Positions 1-8,931 of a stretch of DNA of 64,000 nt are shown here, in pieces. The DNA is from Candidatus Danuiimicrobium aquiferis. GTDB lineage: Bacteria > Omnitrophota > Omnitrophia > Omnitrophales > Danuiimicrobiaceae. The DNA lies in the NCBI GenBank assembly GCA_001804285.1, contig MHFR01000063.1, forward strand, positions 38,901-102,900, given 5' to 3'. The notes beneath the pieces were generated by a model. It saw only the letters and a program-made list of their open reading frames with translations. It made no database searches and had not been told where the DNA came from. Position 1 is the first letter of the stretch, and each line of letters opens with the position of its first letter. Made by a program: the position numbers and the translations under genes.

Positions 1-63
1 GCCTTCAAAGTTGGCGGTTAAGCGGTAGCAAGAGATAACTGCCTCTTTCATAATGGCTGGTAC

Positions 64-150
64 TCCTCCCCCTTAATGGGGGAGGACAAAGGTGGGGGTA
101 AGAATATTAGATGTCCCCCCATCCTTACCTTCCCCCACAAGGGGGGAAGG
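64..150. repeat. CCCTC/TCCCCC...GGGGGA-type double-hairpin palindromic element
   Basis: cctccccc-ttaat-gggggagg followed by ccttccccc-acaa-ggggggaagg; related half element at 34761-34797. Confidence 0.6.
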
Positions 151-189
151 TGTCACGAAATATTCAATTTGCATAGATTTAAAGGTAAA

Positions 190-1275
190 ATGAAAACAAA
201 ACCGGAAGAAATGGATGCGAATGTGAAAACGGATGACGGCAGGAGTTTGCGAAAAAAATCGGAATTTTTGCGCGCCTGCCGAGGCGAAAAGACATCTTAT
301 ACACCTATTTGGCTGATGCGGCAGGCTGGACGTTATATGAAAGAATACCGCGATATCCGTGACAAAGTTTCATTCTTGGACCTTTGCAAAAATCCAAATT
401 TGTGCGCGGAAGTTGCCGTCACCGCTCAGGAAAAAATCGGAGCGGATGCCGCTATTCTTTTTTCCGACCTGTTGCTGATTTTGGAGCCTTTCGGTTTCGG
501 ATTGGAGTACACGAAAGATCATGGGCCTGTGATTACGGGTCGGATCGAATCAAAAAGAGACGTGGAAAAACTTTCCGGAGGTTTTCATAAAGAATCTCTC
601 CAATTCGTGTTTGACGCGGTGCGCCAAACACGAAAGTCCCTTAAGCCTGCCGTTCCGCTGATTGGTTTTTCAGGCGCGCCTTTCACATTGGCAGCCTACA
701 TACTGGAAGGCGGAACGTCGCGAACATTTCTAAGTACAAAGCAGTTCATGTTTTCAAATCCAGAGACGTGGCATCTTCTAATGGAGAAAGTCAGTTCGGC
801 CGTGATTGATTATCTGAACGGTCAGATTGAAGCGGGCGCCGATGCCGTTCAATTATTTGATTCATGGGTGGGATGTTTGGGGGCTGAAGATTACCGGGAA
901 TATGTTTTACCGTATAGCCGACGCGTGATCGATGGAATTAAAAAGGACGTGCCGCTCATTCATTTTGGGACCGGTACGGGAATGTTTCTGAAATCATTTG
1001 GTGAAGCTGGAGGAGATGTGATTGGTATTGATCATCATATTCGACTCGATCAAGCGTTGGAGGTGATCGGATACACGGTGGGCATTCAAGGGAATCTCGA
1101 CCCGGCCATGCTGTGTTGCCCAATCGATACAATCCGGAAATCCGTTAAACGAATTCTGGAGCAAGTGGGCGAACGGCCCGGTCATATTTTTAATCTGGGG
1201 CACGGTGTTTTGCCCACGACGCCTGTGGAGAATGTGATTCGGTTGGTTGAGATGGTGCATGAGATGAGTGCGTAA
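190..1275 (+). CDS. hemE: Uroporphyrinogen decarboxylase
   Basis: [39 protein letters not shown] and HIFNLGHG motifs; start moved to ATG 190 because the ORF extension from 76 reads through a palindromic repeat. Confidence 0.95.
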   Translation: MKTKPEEMDANVKTDDGRSLRKKSEFLRACRGEKTSYTPIWLMRQAGRYMKEYRDIRDKVSFLDLCKNPNLCAEVAVTAQEKIGADAAILFSDLLLILEPFGFGLEYTKDHGPVITGRIESKRDVEKLSGGFHKESLQFVFDAVRQTRKSLKPAVPLIGFSGAPFTLAAYILEGGTSRTFLSTKQFMFSNPETWHLLMEKVSSAVIDYLNGQIEAGADAVQLFDSWVGCLGAEDYREYVLPYSRRVIDGIKKDVPLIHFGTGTGMFLKSFGEAGGDVIGIDHHIRLDQALEVIGYTVGIQGNLDPAMLCCPIDTIRKSVKRILEQVGERPGHIFNLGHGVLPTTPVENVIRLVEMVHEMSA

Positions 1276-1288
1276 GTGTGCGGAAAGA

Positions 1289-1598
1289 GATAGGGAGATT
1301 CGGGGAACCTTCGCTTTAGCTGCGTTCGCCGGTTTCATGGCGAGTGGCCTCCGCCAAAAATCGCGGACGGATCCGCCGAAGCTTTGTGGCGGAAAAGAAG
1401 AAACCGGCGTACTCGCTGTCTCGCGTCTACTTTGACATAGCAATTGTTTTTTATATAGGAAGACGTGGGACTGTCATGACTTCCGATTAAATATTGTTTC
1501 GTATATTCAATGGAAAGTCATGGCTGCCGCTCGGACTCAGCTTTGTGCTAAAAGCTTCGTCCGATCGAAGCCGCTGCGGTTTCCCGACTCTCCCTATC
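1289..1598. repeat. 310-bp multi-hairpin element closed by a 21-bp imperfect terminal inverted repeat
   Basis: gatagggagattcggggaacc (1289) pairs with ggtttcccgactctccctatc (ends 1598); four internal hairpins. Confidence 0.6.
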
Positions 1599-1631
1599 CG
1601 GCAATCAGTTTATAGGATGAGAAAAAAAAGG

Positions 1632-1790
1632 TGTCTATTTAGCGTTTTGAAGTGGTGAACACGCCAGTTCGTGTCATGCCCGCATGCTTTAAGCGGGCAT
1701 CCATAGTTGCTGGATTCCCGCTTTCGCGGGAATGACAAAAAAGCGGACGATCTTTTATAGATAATCACTTTAAAGCGCTAAACAAATACA
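1632..1790. mobile_element. MITE-like element with TIRs enclosing a GTCAT..CCCGC..GCGGG..ATGAC core (1673-1736)
   Basis: Ends tgtctatttagcgttttgaagtg / cactttaaagcgctaaacaaataca; related copies at 34818-34971, 52541-52731 and a left end at ~24000. Confidence 0.65.
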
Positions 1791-1822
1791 AAAAAAGAGA
1801 CGCATTCCGATTTTTCATTGCC

Positions 1823-1913
1823 GTCATTACGAGGAGCCGCAGGTGACGAAGCAATCTCAGGACAAAGTTCAGGGATTGCTTCGACACCGATTGGATCAAT
1901 GTCTCGCAATGAC
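1823..1913. repeat. GTCATTGCGAG...GAAGCAATC...GATTGCTTC...CTCGCAATGAC palindromic element
   Basis: Nested inverted repeats; further copies at 3544-3605 and 58534-58624. Confidence 0.8.
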
Positions 1914-1954
1914 GCCGGCGAAAAATCGGAAAGCGGCTTCACTCGGATATTATT

Positions 1955-3529
1955 ATGAAAGAAAAGAAAAAAATAGTGATTGTTGGCGGCGGGATATCGG
2001 GCATGGCGACTGCTTACCGCCTTTCGGAACTGAGCCGCGCACAAGGAATTCCGGTTGAAATCACTGTTGTCGAGGCTGGTTCGCGGCTTGGTGGCGTGAT
2101 TGAAAGCAAGCGGCAGGATGGTTTTTTATTGGAAGGCGGGCCAGATTCTTTTATTTCTGAGAAACCGGCGGCGCAAGAACTTGCCAAACGGCTGGGAATT
2201 GCAAATGAGATTATCGGAACGAACGATAAATTCCGTCGCAGTTTCATTTACAAAAAAGGCAACTTAATTCCTGTTCCGGAAGGCTTCTATCTCATTGCCC
2301 CATCACAAATTAGAGCATTTCTCCAAACGCATCTTCTGGATTGGAGAACCAAATTCCGTATGGGTTGTGAGGTATTTATTCCGAAACGTTCAACGAATGA
2401 GGATGAAAGTGTCGCAAATTTCGTTCGGCGGCGTTTTGGGAAGGCGACTCTTGAGGAAGTGGCGCAACCGATGATCGGGGGAATTTATACCGCGGATCCA
2501 GAATATTTAAGCCTTGAGGCAACCATGCCGCAATTTCTCGAGTTGGAGCGCACATACGGAAGCGTGATCAAGGGATTGCTGCTGAGACGGAACGCGAAGA
2601 GGAAAAATTCAACACAGTCCGCCAGCGGCCCGCGATATAGCTTATTTCTTTCATTCAAGGAAGGAATGAAAGAGCTGGTGGATTCAGTTGTGAAAAATTC
2701 GCCGGACGTACGGTTCAAATTGAATGCGACAGCGGTGTGTGTTACCCGCATGTCTCGTTCAACAAATCCGTTTGGTTTTTTTTCATTCCCGCTAAAAGCG
2801 TGCGGGTATGACAAAAAAACGATACCCCCAACGAGCTTATTGAACAGCTCGCGCAATCAATGCTGGCAAGTTGATTTTGAAAATGGGGCGACTCTTGAAG
2901 CCGATGCAGTGTGTATTGCACTATCTGCATGCCAGGCTGCTCCACTCGTTATTTCCGTCGCGCCTCATCTTGCCAAACAACTCGCAGCGATTCCTTATGA
3001 ATCCGTGGCGACGGTTAACTTGGCATACAAACGGTCGGATATTCCACATAAATTGGACGGTTTTGGATTTGTGGTTCCTGCGATCACGAAGAGAAAGATT
3101 GTGGCGTGCAGTTTTTCGAGTGTTAAATTTGATGGCCGTGCTCCCGGTGGCATGGTTTTGTTGCGGGTATTTGTCGGCGGTGCGTTCCATCGTGAAATAT
3201 ACGCGTTAGATGATAATGAGATGACGCGCACGGTGACGGATGAATTGCGACATTATCTCGGAATTGAAAAATTGCCGCTTTTTACTTCCATATCCCGCTA
3301 TCCGCGCACGATGCCGCAATATCAAGTCGGGCATTTAGACATGATCAGGTCAATCCAGGCGCAGTTATCAGACTTTCCCGGGCTTTATTTGACTGGAAAC
3401 GCATATCGGGGGATCGGCGTTCCGGATTGCATCAAGTGGGCTGAATCGGCGGCGGAAGCGATGTATACTTTTTTAAAAGAAAAACGGAAGTCTGCGGATT
3501 TGAATTCAGTCAAAGGATCGTCGAAATGA
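1955..3529 (+). CDS. hemG: HemY-type protoporphyrinogen/coproporphyrinogen oxidase with an in-frame insertion
   Basis: IVIVGGGISG FAD motif, LEGGPDSF, GFGFVVP, MPQYQVGH, GNAYRGIGVPDCI; lies between hemE and hemH. Confidence 0.93.
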   Translation: MKEKKKIVIVGGGISGMATAYRLSELSRAQGIPVEITVVEAGSRLGGVIESKRQDGFLLEGGPDSFISEKPAAQELAKRLGIANEIIGTNDKFRRSFIYKKGNLIPVPEGFYLIAPSQIRAFLQTHLLDWRTKFRMGCEVFIPKRSTNEDESVANFVRRRFGKATLEEVAQPMIGGIYTADPEYLSLEATMPQFLELERTYGSVIKGLLLRRNAKRKNSTQSASGPRYSLFLSFKEGMKELVDSVVKNSPDVRFKLNATAVCVTRMSRSTNPFGFFSFPLKACGYDKKTIPPTSLLNSSRNQCWQVDFENGATLEADAVCIALSACQAAPLVISVAPHLAKQLAAIPYESVATVNLAYKRSDIPHKLDGFGFVVPAITKRKIVACSFSSVKFDGRAPGGMVLLRVFVGGAFHREIYALDDNEMTRTVTDELRHYLGIEKLPLFTSISRYPRTMPQYQVGHLDMIRSIQAQLSDFPGLYLTGNAYRGIGVPDCIKWAESAAEAMYTFLKEKRKSADLNSVKGSSK

Positions 3530-3543
3530 TAAGCGTTTAGATT

Positions 3544-3605
3544 GTCATTGCGGGGAGTTCTGCCAAAGGATGGATGACGAAGCAATCCATGATGCCCGCA
3601 ATGAC
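3544..3605. repeat. GTCATTGCG...CGCAATGAC palindromic element (shortened)
   Basis: gtcattgcggg...gacgaagcaatcc...cccgcaatgac. Confidence 0.7.
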
Positions 3606-3623
3606 AACACCATGGGGTGCTCA

Positions 3624-4568
3624 ATGAATATTGATCATATTTTACTCATAGGTTACGGTGGGCCGCGGTGTCCTGATGAGGTAATGCCGTATATTAAATT
3701 GATGACAGAGAGTAAAGACGTTTCCCATAAAGCACTGGAATCAATTGCAAGCCGTTATCAGGAAATCGGAGGCGCGTCGCCTTATCATGATCAAGTTCTG
3801 TCGTTTTCAAGACGGTTAGAGAAAACACTTCAAGATTCGGACGTTCATTTGGCGGTTTTTACAGGGATGAAAAACTGGCATCCCTTTTTAGATGAAACGT
3901 TGCGAAATATTCATCAAAAGCGGCTCCGGAATGGAATAGCCATTTGTTTAACAGCATTTCCCGGTGCGGCAGCAGGTGCCAAGTATAGAGAAGCGTTGGA
4001 CTCTGCAAAAACGGCTTTGAAATTGCCGGACATCAATTATGAGTTTATCGCCGGCTGGTACGACCAGAGATATTTTATTGAAGCGCAAACAGAACTAATC
4101 TCAGAGAAGCTCCGGGAAATAGATTCAGAAAAAAGACAAACCACACCGATTATCTTTTCATTTCATTCTTTGCCGTTGAAATCGGGTCGGACGGCATCGG
4201 GTTCCAACTATGCCGAAGAAGCACGGGTATCGAGCGAATTGATTGCGAAACGGTTAGGACATGTGAAATGGTCGATTTCCTATCAATCGCGGCCCGCAAA
4301 AGCAAAAGGAGAATGGATGGGGCCCGATATTACGGAAACCCTTAAGGCGTTGGCTCGGGAAGGCGAGAAGCAGGTTGTGATAGTCCCGTTAGGTTATTTC
4401 TGTGAGCATGTTGAAATTCTTTTTGATCTCGACTGTCATGTCCGAACCATTGCTGAGCAATTGGGCATGCGATACCTGCGCGCCGAACCAATTCTGAATC
4501 ATCCGAAAACGATTCCCTTGTTTAAAGGGTTGATTGAAGCGCAATTGGGAAGACACTCAAATGAATGA
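3624..4568 (+). CDS. hemH: Ferrochelatase (probably coproporphyrin III type)
   Basis: LLIGYGGP, IGGASP, FSFHSLP, YQSR and CEHVEILFDLD motifs; start moved to ATG 3624, downstream of the repeat. Confidence 0.9.
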   Translation: MNIDHILLIGYGGPRCPDEVMPYIKLMTESKDVSHKALESIASRYQEIGGASPYHDQVLSFSRRLEKTLQDSDVHLAVFTGMKNWHPFLDETLRNIHQKRLRNGIAICLTAFPGAAAGAKYREALDSAKTALKLPDINYEFIAGWYDQRYFIEAQTELISEKLREIDSEKRQTTPIIFSFHSLPLKSGRTASGSNYAEEARVSSELIAKRLGHVKWSISYQSRPAKAKGEWMGPDITETLKALAREGEKQVVIVPLGYFCEHVEILFDLDCHVRTIAEQLGMRYLRAEPILNHPKTIPLFKGLIEAQLGRHSNE

Positions 4569-4690
4569 TGTTCAACCGTTAAGTCGAGGAGTATCGCAGA
4601 TATCAAGAGGAATATACGAAAGCGAATCGGAGCATTCGTTCATTTGATTCAATTGTTTCTTCCGAATGCGAAATCAGCGGTTTCTAAACC

Positions 4691-5389
4691 TCAAATTAAG
4701 CAAGAAACCGATTTCTTATAATCTGCAATAACAGCATTCGGCAGGCCGAAGGCTTGGACATTCCCGCGATTCAGCCATAGCACCCGGTCTGAAATTCGCG
4801 TGATATCTTCCATGCTATGAGAGGCAAACAAAACCGTTTTTCCGTGTTTCTTGAATTCTTCGATTTTTTTCAAGGATTCCCGCTGGAATGCAAGGTCTTC
4901 GGTGGCGAGAACCTCGTCGATTAAAATAATATCGCAGGGAATATGGGCGGCAATCGAAAAGGACAGGCGGGACCACATTCCGCGCGAATAATTTCTGGCC
5001 GGCATCTCGAGGAAATTCCCAAGGCCGGAAAATCGGATAATTTCGGGTGTTAATAACTTTTTATCTCGATTGCGGATATCAAAAAATGAAAGCAATAAAC
5101 TGATATTTTCTTTCGCATTGAGAAAAGGATCGAGGCACCCTTTCATCGAGATGAGCGGTACAACCCGGCCTTCCACACTAACAGTTCCTCTTGTCGCATA
5201 AGTAATTTCGGCAATTAATTTCAGCAGCGTCGTTTTTCCCGAACCATTTTGTCCGATGATGCCTACGGTTTCACCTTTTGGGATGGTCAGAGAAACATTG
5301 TTGAGTGCCCAGAATAAGTCCTTTCGTGAAAAAAAGTATTCTTTTTTATGATATTCCTTAAAGACATCAATAAATTGAATGGCGTTCAT
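4691..5389 (-). CDS. wzt: Polysaccharide ABC exporter ATP-binding subunit (Wzt/TagH-like)
   Basis: FWALNNVSL, GQNGSGKTT, YSRGMWSRLSFSIA, ILIDEVLA, ASHS. Confidence 0.85.
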   Translation of the reverse strand: MNAIQFIDVFKEYHKKEYFFSRKDLFWALNNVSLTIPKGETVGIIGQNGSGKTTLLKLIAEITYATRGTVSVEGRVVPLISMKGCLDPFLNAKENISLLLSFFDIRNRDKKLLTPEIIRFSGLGNFLEMPARNYSRGMWSRLSFSIAAHIPCDIILIDEVLATEDLAFQRESLKKIEEFKKHGKTVLFASHSMEDITRISDRVLWLNRGNVQAFGLPNAVIADYKKSVSCLI

Positions 5390-6178
5390 TTAGATTACGT
5401 CCGCTAAATGGGGTTCACATTTTTTAAATAACAGGTAACCAAGAATAAAGATTGAAATTGAAATCACACAGGATAGCGAAAGATAAAAAAGATCAGGTGT
5501 CTGGTTATGCAATAAAATTTTCCGGTAGCTGTCAAGAATGCCCGCCATGGGGTTTAGAAGATAAAAAATAATATTTTTCCGACTGATCCATTGAACGGGA
5601 TAAGCTACGGGCGAAGCTATCAGCCATAAGTACATCAGAAATTCTGTCGCGTTTTGTATGTCGCGGATAAAAGAATTTCCGATTGATAAAATCAACGCCA
5701 TTCCGAGGGTGAGTGTCAGTTGAATGAAAAAGACGGGGATCAGGTAAAACCAATGGGTTCCCCACGAAATCGGATGCCGATAAATCAGGAAAAGAAAAAC
5801 GAGCAAAATCATGGAAATGGAAAAGTCGAGAAAGTTGCCTAAAATAGTGGAGACGGGAAGTGTGATTTTGGGAAATTTAAGTCGCCTAATAAAATGCGCA
5901 TTTGCAATGAAAACGTTCGTGCATGAATTAATTGACATAGCAAAAAAATTCCAGAAAGCAAGTGCCGTGAAGATAAATAACGGATAAGGCACTTTTTCAG
6001 ATGGGATCTTCGCGACCTTAGAGAAAACGATGGTGAAAATAATCAAGCTGATGACGGGCTGAATGATGACCCATGCGGCTTTTAAGTATTTTTGTTTATA
6101 GCGTTTTTTAATGCTTTTGGCGGTTAAATTGAAAATTAAATCTGAGTAATAGATTAGCCGATTCATCAAGTTTTTCAT
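5390..6178 (-). CDS. wzm: Polysaccharide ABC exporter permease (Wzm/TagG-like)
   Basis: KKRYKQ..L..AWVIIQP, FIRDI, SPVAYP, LNPM motifs; multiple TM segments; abuts wzt. Confidence 0.85.
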   Translation of the reverse strand: MKNLMNRLIYYSDLIFNLTAKSIKKRYKQKYLKAAWVIIQPVISLIIFTIVFSKVAKIPSEKVPYPLFIFTALAFWNFFAMSINSCTNVFIANAHFIRRLKFPKITLPVSTILGNFLDFSISMILLVFLFLIYRHPISWGTHWFYLIPVFFIQLTLTLGMALILSIGNSFIRDIQNATEFLMYLWLIASPVAYPVQWISRKNIIFYLLNPMAGILDSYRKILLHNQTPDLFYLSLSCVISISIFILGYLLFKKCEPHLADVI

Positions 6179-6275
6179 ATTACGTTTCCAAACGTGTGCA
6201 TTTTTCTTCGCTGAGACATGGATTTTGGACGGTTAGTTTTGTCTTTAATCGCAAAGTCCGATTAAGGGCATCATT

Positions 6276-6494
6276 TTAAAGAACGGTTTTCTTGGTGTAA
6301 AGGATAAATTCCAGAGCGGATGATTTGGGCTTCCGGATGAGACGAAAAGAAATCTTGAATGGTTTGAACGTAGCTTGCCTGATCAAAAAGTCTAAGCATT
6401 GGCGAAGCATAGATGCTCGCTTATATGTTAATACCACAACACACAGTACGCCCCGAATTATTTTTCCCACAATAATAAGCCGGATCCAGACCAT
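6276..6494 (-). pseudogene. GT2 glycosyltransferase N-terminal remnant
   Basis: LCVVVLTYKRASMLRQCLDFLIRQ resembles the GT2 start motif (cf. SVIICTYNRSESLKDTL at 46708), then similarity is lost. Confidence 0.5.
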
Positions 6495-6806
6495 AATATC
6501 ATTCTTGATATTATTCGTAAGGGGAATTCGCGTATTCTTATTTTTAAAAGATCGCCGAAATATGATATGTCTGGAGCGCTATTGAATCGGGTCAATCTGA
6601 CGGTGGCACTCGTCAAGGCGAGCCAGCCAAAATGAATTTTTTAATTTTTATCTCAAACCGTTTGATTTTCCGGATTTTTTAATTTTGTCACGGCCTTTTT
6701 CCCCTTTACGGTTTTTTATACTTACCTTGAATTGATAATCTGACTCTGTTATGATTATCCGTTCTTTGTATCAACTTGAAGTGATCGTTTAAAGGATAAA
6801 GTGAAC

Positions 6807-8084
6807 ATGACGAAACGGTATCAATCAGTTTTGAAAAACGGATTAAGAGTGATTACGACCCAGCTATCAGGGAGGGAAACTGTCGGATTGGTGATCTGGG
6901 TTCGTGTGGGGGCGCGGTTCGAATCGAAACGGCTTTCCGGTATTTCGCATTTTGCCGAACACATGGTGTTTAAAGGGACTAAGAACCGTTCGACAAAAAA
7001 AATTAAAGAAGATATCGAAGGTGTCGGCGGAATGTTGAATGCGTTTACGAGTGAAGAATGTACGTGTTTCTTTGTGAAAATTCCAAAACGTCATTTTAGC
7101 CGTGCTTTTGATGTGTTGCAGGATATGGTGAATCATTCCGTTTCGAAACCGGAGGATTTTGAAAAAGAACGTGCGGTTATTCTCGAAGAAATTAAGATGT
7201 ATATGGATGTTCCGTCGCAGTACGTTCAAGAAATGATTACGGAGCTATTGTGGCCGAAGCAGCCGCTTGGACGGCCGATTTCCGGAACGTTGGAAACGGT
7301 GGCGGCTTTCAAACGCATGGATTTAATTGATCACATCAAGTCTTATTATCATCCGCAAAATATTTTAATTACCGCATGTGGCGAGATTGATCCTTCCGAG
7401 GTCGAAAAAATGGCAGAACAGTGTTTTCCGGAAGTTTGCGAAGACGTTCCGTCTAAACATGGTTTGGTCAAGACATTTCCAAAGCCCGGGCGCTATTATT
7501 TTCTTGATAAAAAGAGCGAACAAATTAACTTTGTGCTTGGATTCGAGGGGCTCTCGCGGGTGGACCCGAAACGGTACCAATTGATTTTGTTGAATATTAT
7601 CTTGGGTGCGAATATGAGCAGCCGGCTCTTTGAGGAGATCCGTGAACGGCGCGGGCTTGCTTACGATATTAAATCGGGCGCAAGTTTTCTGAATGACACG
7701 GGTGCATTATTGATTTCTGCCGGTGTTGAACCCGAAAAAACTCCGGTTTCGATTCGTGTGATTATGAAAGAGTTAGGAAAGTTAAAACATAAAAAAGTTC
7801 CCGTGGAAGAACTGGATCGCGCGAAGGAATATTTTCTCGGTCAGCTAACGATCGGCCTTGAAGATACGCTCGATCAGGCGCTTTGGGCGGGCGACCGGGT
7901 TTTATATGGAGGCAGTATTCCCACGCTTGAGGAAATCAAGGATGCTGTGAAGCGGGCGACGGGCGAAGATATTCAGAGGTTAGCCGGAAAAATTTTTCAA
8001 ACATCAAAAGTACGTCTTGCACTGATTGGCCCGCTCAATAAAAAGTTTGAAGAAAAAATCAAGAAAGAATGTGTATGCCCATAA
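6807..8084 (+). CDS. M16 (pitrilysin) family zinc peptidase
   Basis: GISHFAEHMVFKGT (HxxEH), LNAFTS, SSRLFEEIRERRGLAY. Confidence 0.92.
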   Translation: MTKRYQSVLKNGLRVITTQLSGRETVGLVIWVRVGARFESKRLSGISHFAEHMVFKGTKNRSTKKIKEDIEGVGGMLNAFTSEECTCFFVKIPKRHFSRAFDVLQDMVNHSVSKPEDFEKERAVILEEIKMYMDVPSQYVQEMITELLWPKQPLGRPISGTLETVAAFKRMDLIDHIKSYYHPQNILITACGEIDPSEVEKMAEQCFPEVCEDVPSKHGLVKTFPKPGRYYFLDKKSEQINFVLGFEGLSRVDPKRYQLILLNIILGANMSSRLFEEIRERRGLAYDIKSGASFLNDTGALLISAGVEPEKTPVSIRVIMKELGKLKHKKVPVEELDRAKEYFLGQLTIGLEDTLDQALWAGDRVLYGGSIPTLEEIKDAVKRATGEDIQRLAGKIFQTSKVRLALIGPLNKKFEEKIKKECVCP

Positions 8085-8221
8085 GTCAAATGAGCGCTCA
8101 ACTTACGTTCCCCTTGCTGGGCGAGACAGGGACGTAAGTTGAACGCGCGAATTTGATCCCCGCAAGTTTTAAGCGGGGATCTATGAACAATGGATTCCCG
8201 CCAAAAGCATGCGGGAATGAC
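8085..8221. repeat. GTCAT-type palindromic element with a nested hairpin (8086-8156)
   Basis: gtca[aatgagcgctcaacttacg...cgtaagttgaacgcgcgaatttga]tccccgc...gcgggaatgac. Confidence 0.7.
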
Positions 8222-8265
8222 AGAAAGTGTAAAGCCTGTAGGTAAGACAAAATGCGAAGGTAACC

Positions 8266-8922
8266 ATGACAAACAATTCAAATAAAAAGTTGATTGCACC
8301 GAGTATTTTATCAGCGGATTTTGGCCGGTTGGCTGAAGAGATCAAAGATGTCGAACGAGCCGGTGCCGATTGGATTCACGTGGATGTGATGGACGGGCAT
8401 TTTGTTCCGAATTTGACGATAGGCCCGTGCGTGGTTGATTCAATCCGGAAAGTGACGAAGCTTCCGCTCGATGTTCATTTAATGATTGAAGAGCCGGCGA
8501 AATATATTCGCGAATTCCGGAAAGCCGGAAGCGACTGGATTACCATTCACGTTGAAGCATGCCGCGATGTCAGAGAAACAATTAGATTGATTAAGGATTC
8601 GGGTGCGAAAGCCGGAATTTCCGTCCGTCCGAAAACTCCGGTTTCAGCGATTGAACCGTATCTGGATTTGATTGATCTGGTGCTTGTGATGACGGTTGAA
8701 CCCGGTTTTGGCGGGCAGGAATTCATGGAGGAAATGCTTCAAAAAGTGGAAATCATTCGCAAGCGTTTTCCAAATCATATTTCCGTGGATGGCGGAATCA
8801 ATGTCGAAACTGTGCGCCGGGCAGCGCAGGCGGGTGTCAATGTCTTTGTCGCCGGTTCGGCTATTTTTAAGGAAAAGGATCGCAAGGCTATCATGGCGCG
8901 GCTGCGTGAAGCTATTTCGTAA
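8266..8922 (+). CDS. rpe: Ribulose-phosphate 3-epimerase
   Basis: IAPSILSADF, HVDVMDGHFVPNLTIG, MTVEPGFGGQ, VDGGIN. Confidence 0.97.
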   Translation: MTNNSNKKLIAPSILSADFGRLAEEIKDVERAGADWIHVDVMDGHFVPNLTIGPCVVDSIRKVTKLPLDVHLMIEEPAKYIREFRKAGSDWITIHVEACRDVRETIRLIKDSGAKAGISVRPKTPVSAIEPYLDLIDLVLVMTVEPGFGGQEFMEEMLQKVEIIRKRFPNHISVDGGINVETVRRAAQAGVNVFVAGSAIFKEKDRKAIMARLREAIS

Positions 8923-8931
8923 ACTCACATT

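Noticed and set aside
76-189. N-terminal extension of hemE; similar extensions at 3570, 24989, 39794, 57874 and 62002
   Set aside because: They read through palindromic repeats or leader sequence; better starts matching family N-termini lie downstream
994-2058. ORFs 994-1443(-), 1778-2044(-) and 1843-2058(+)
   Set aside because: Translations of repeat DNA or antisense overlaps; no protein motifs
4561-4690. Short ORFs after hemH
   Set aside because: About 35 codons or fewer and no recognisable motif
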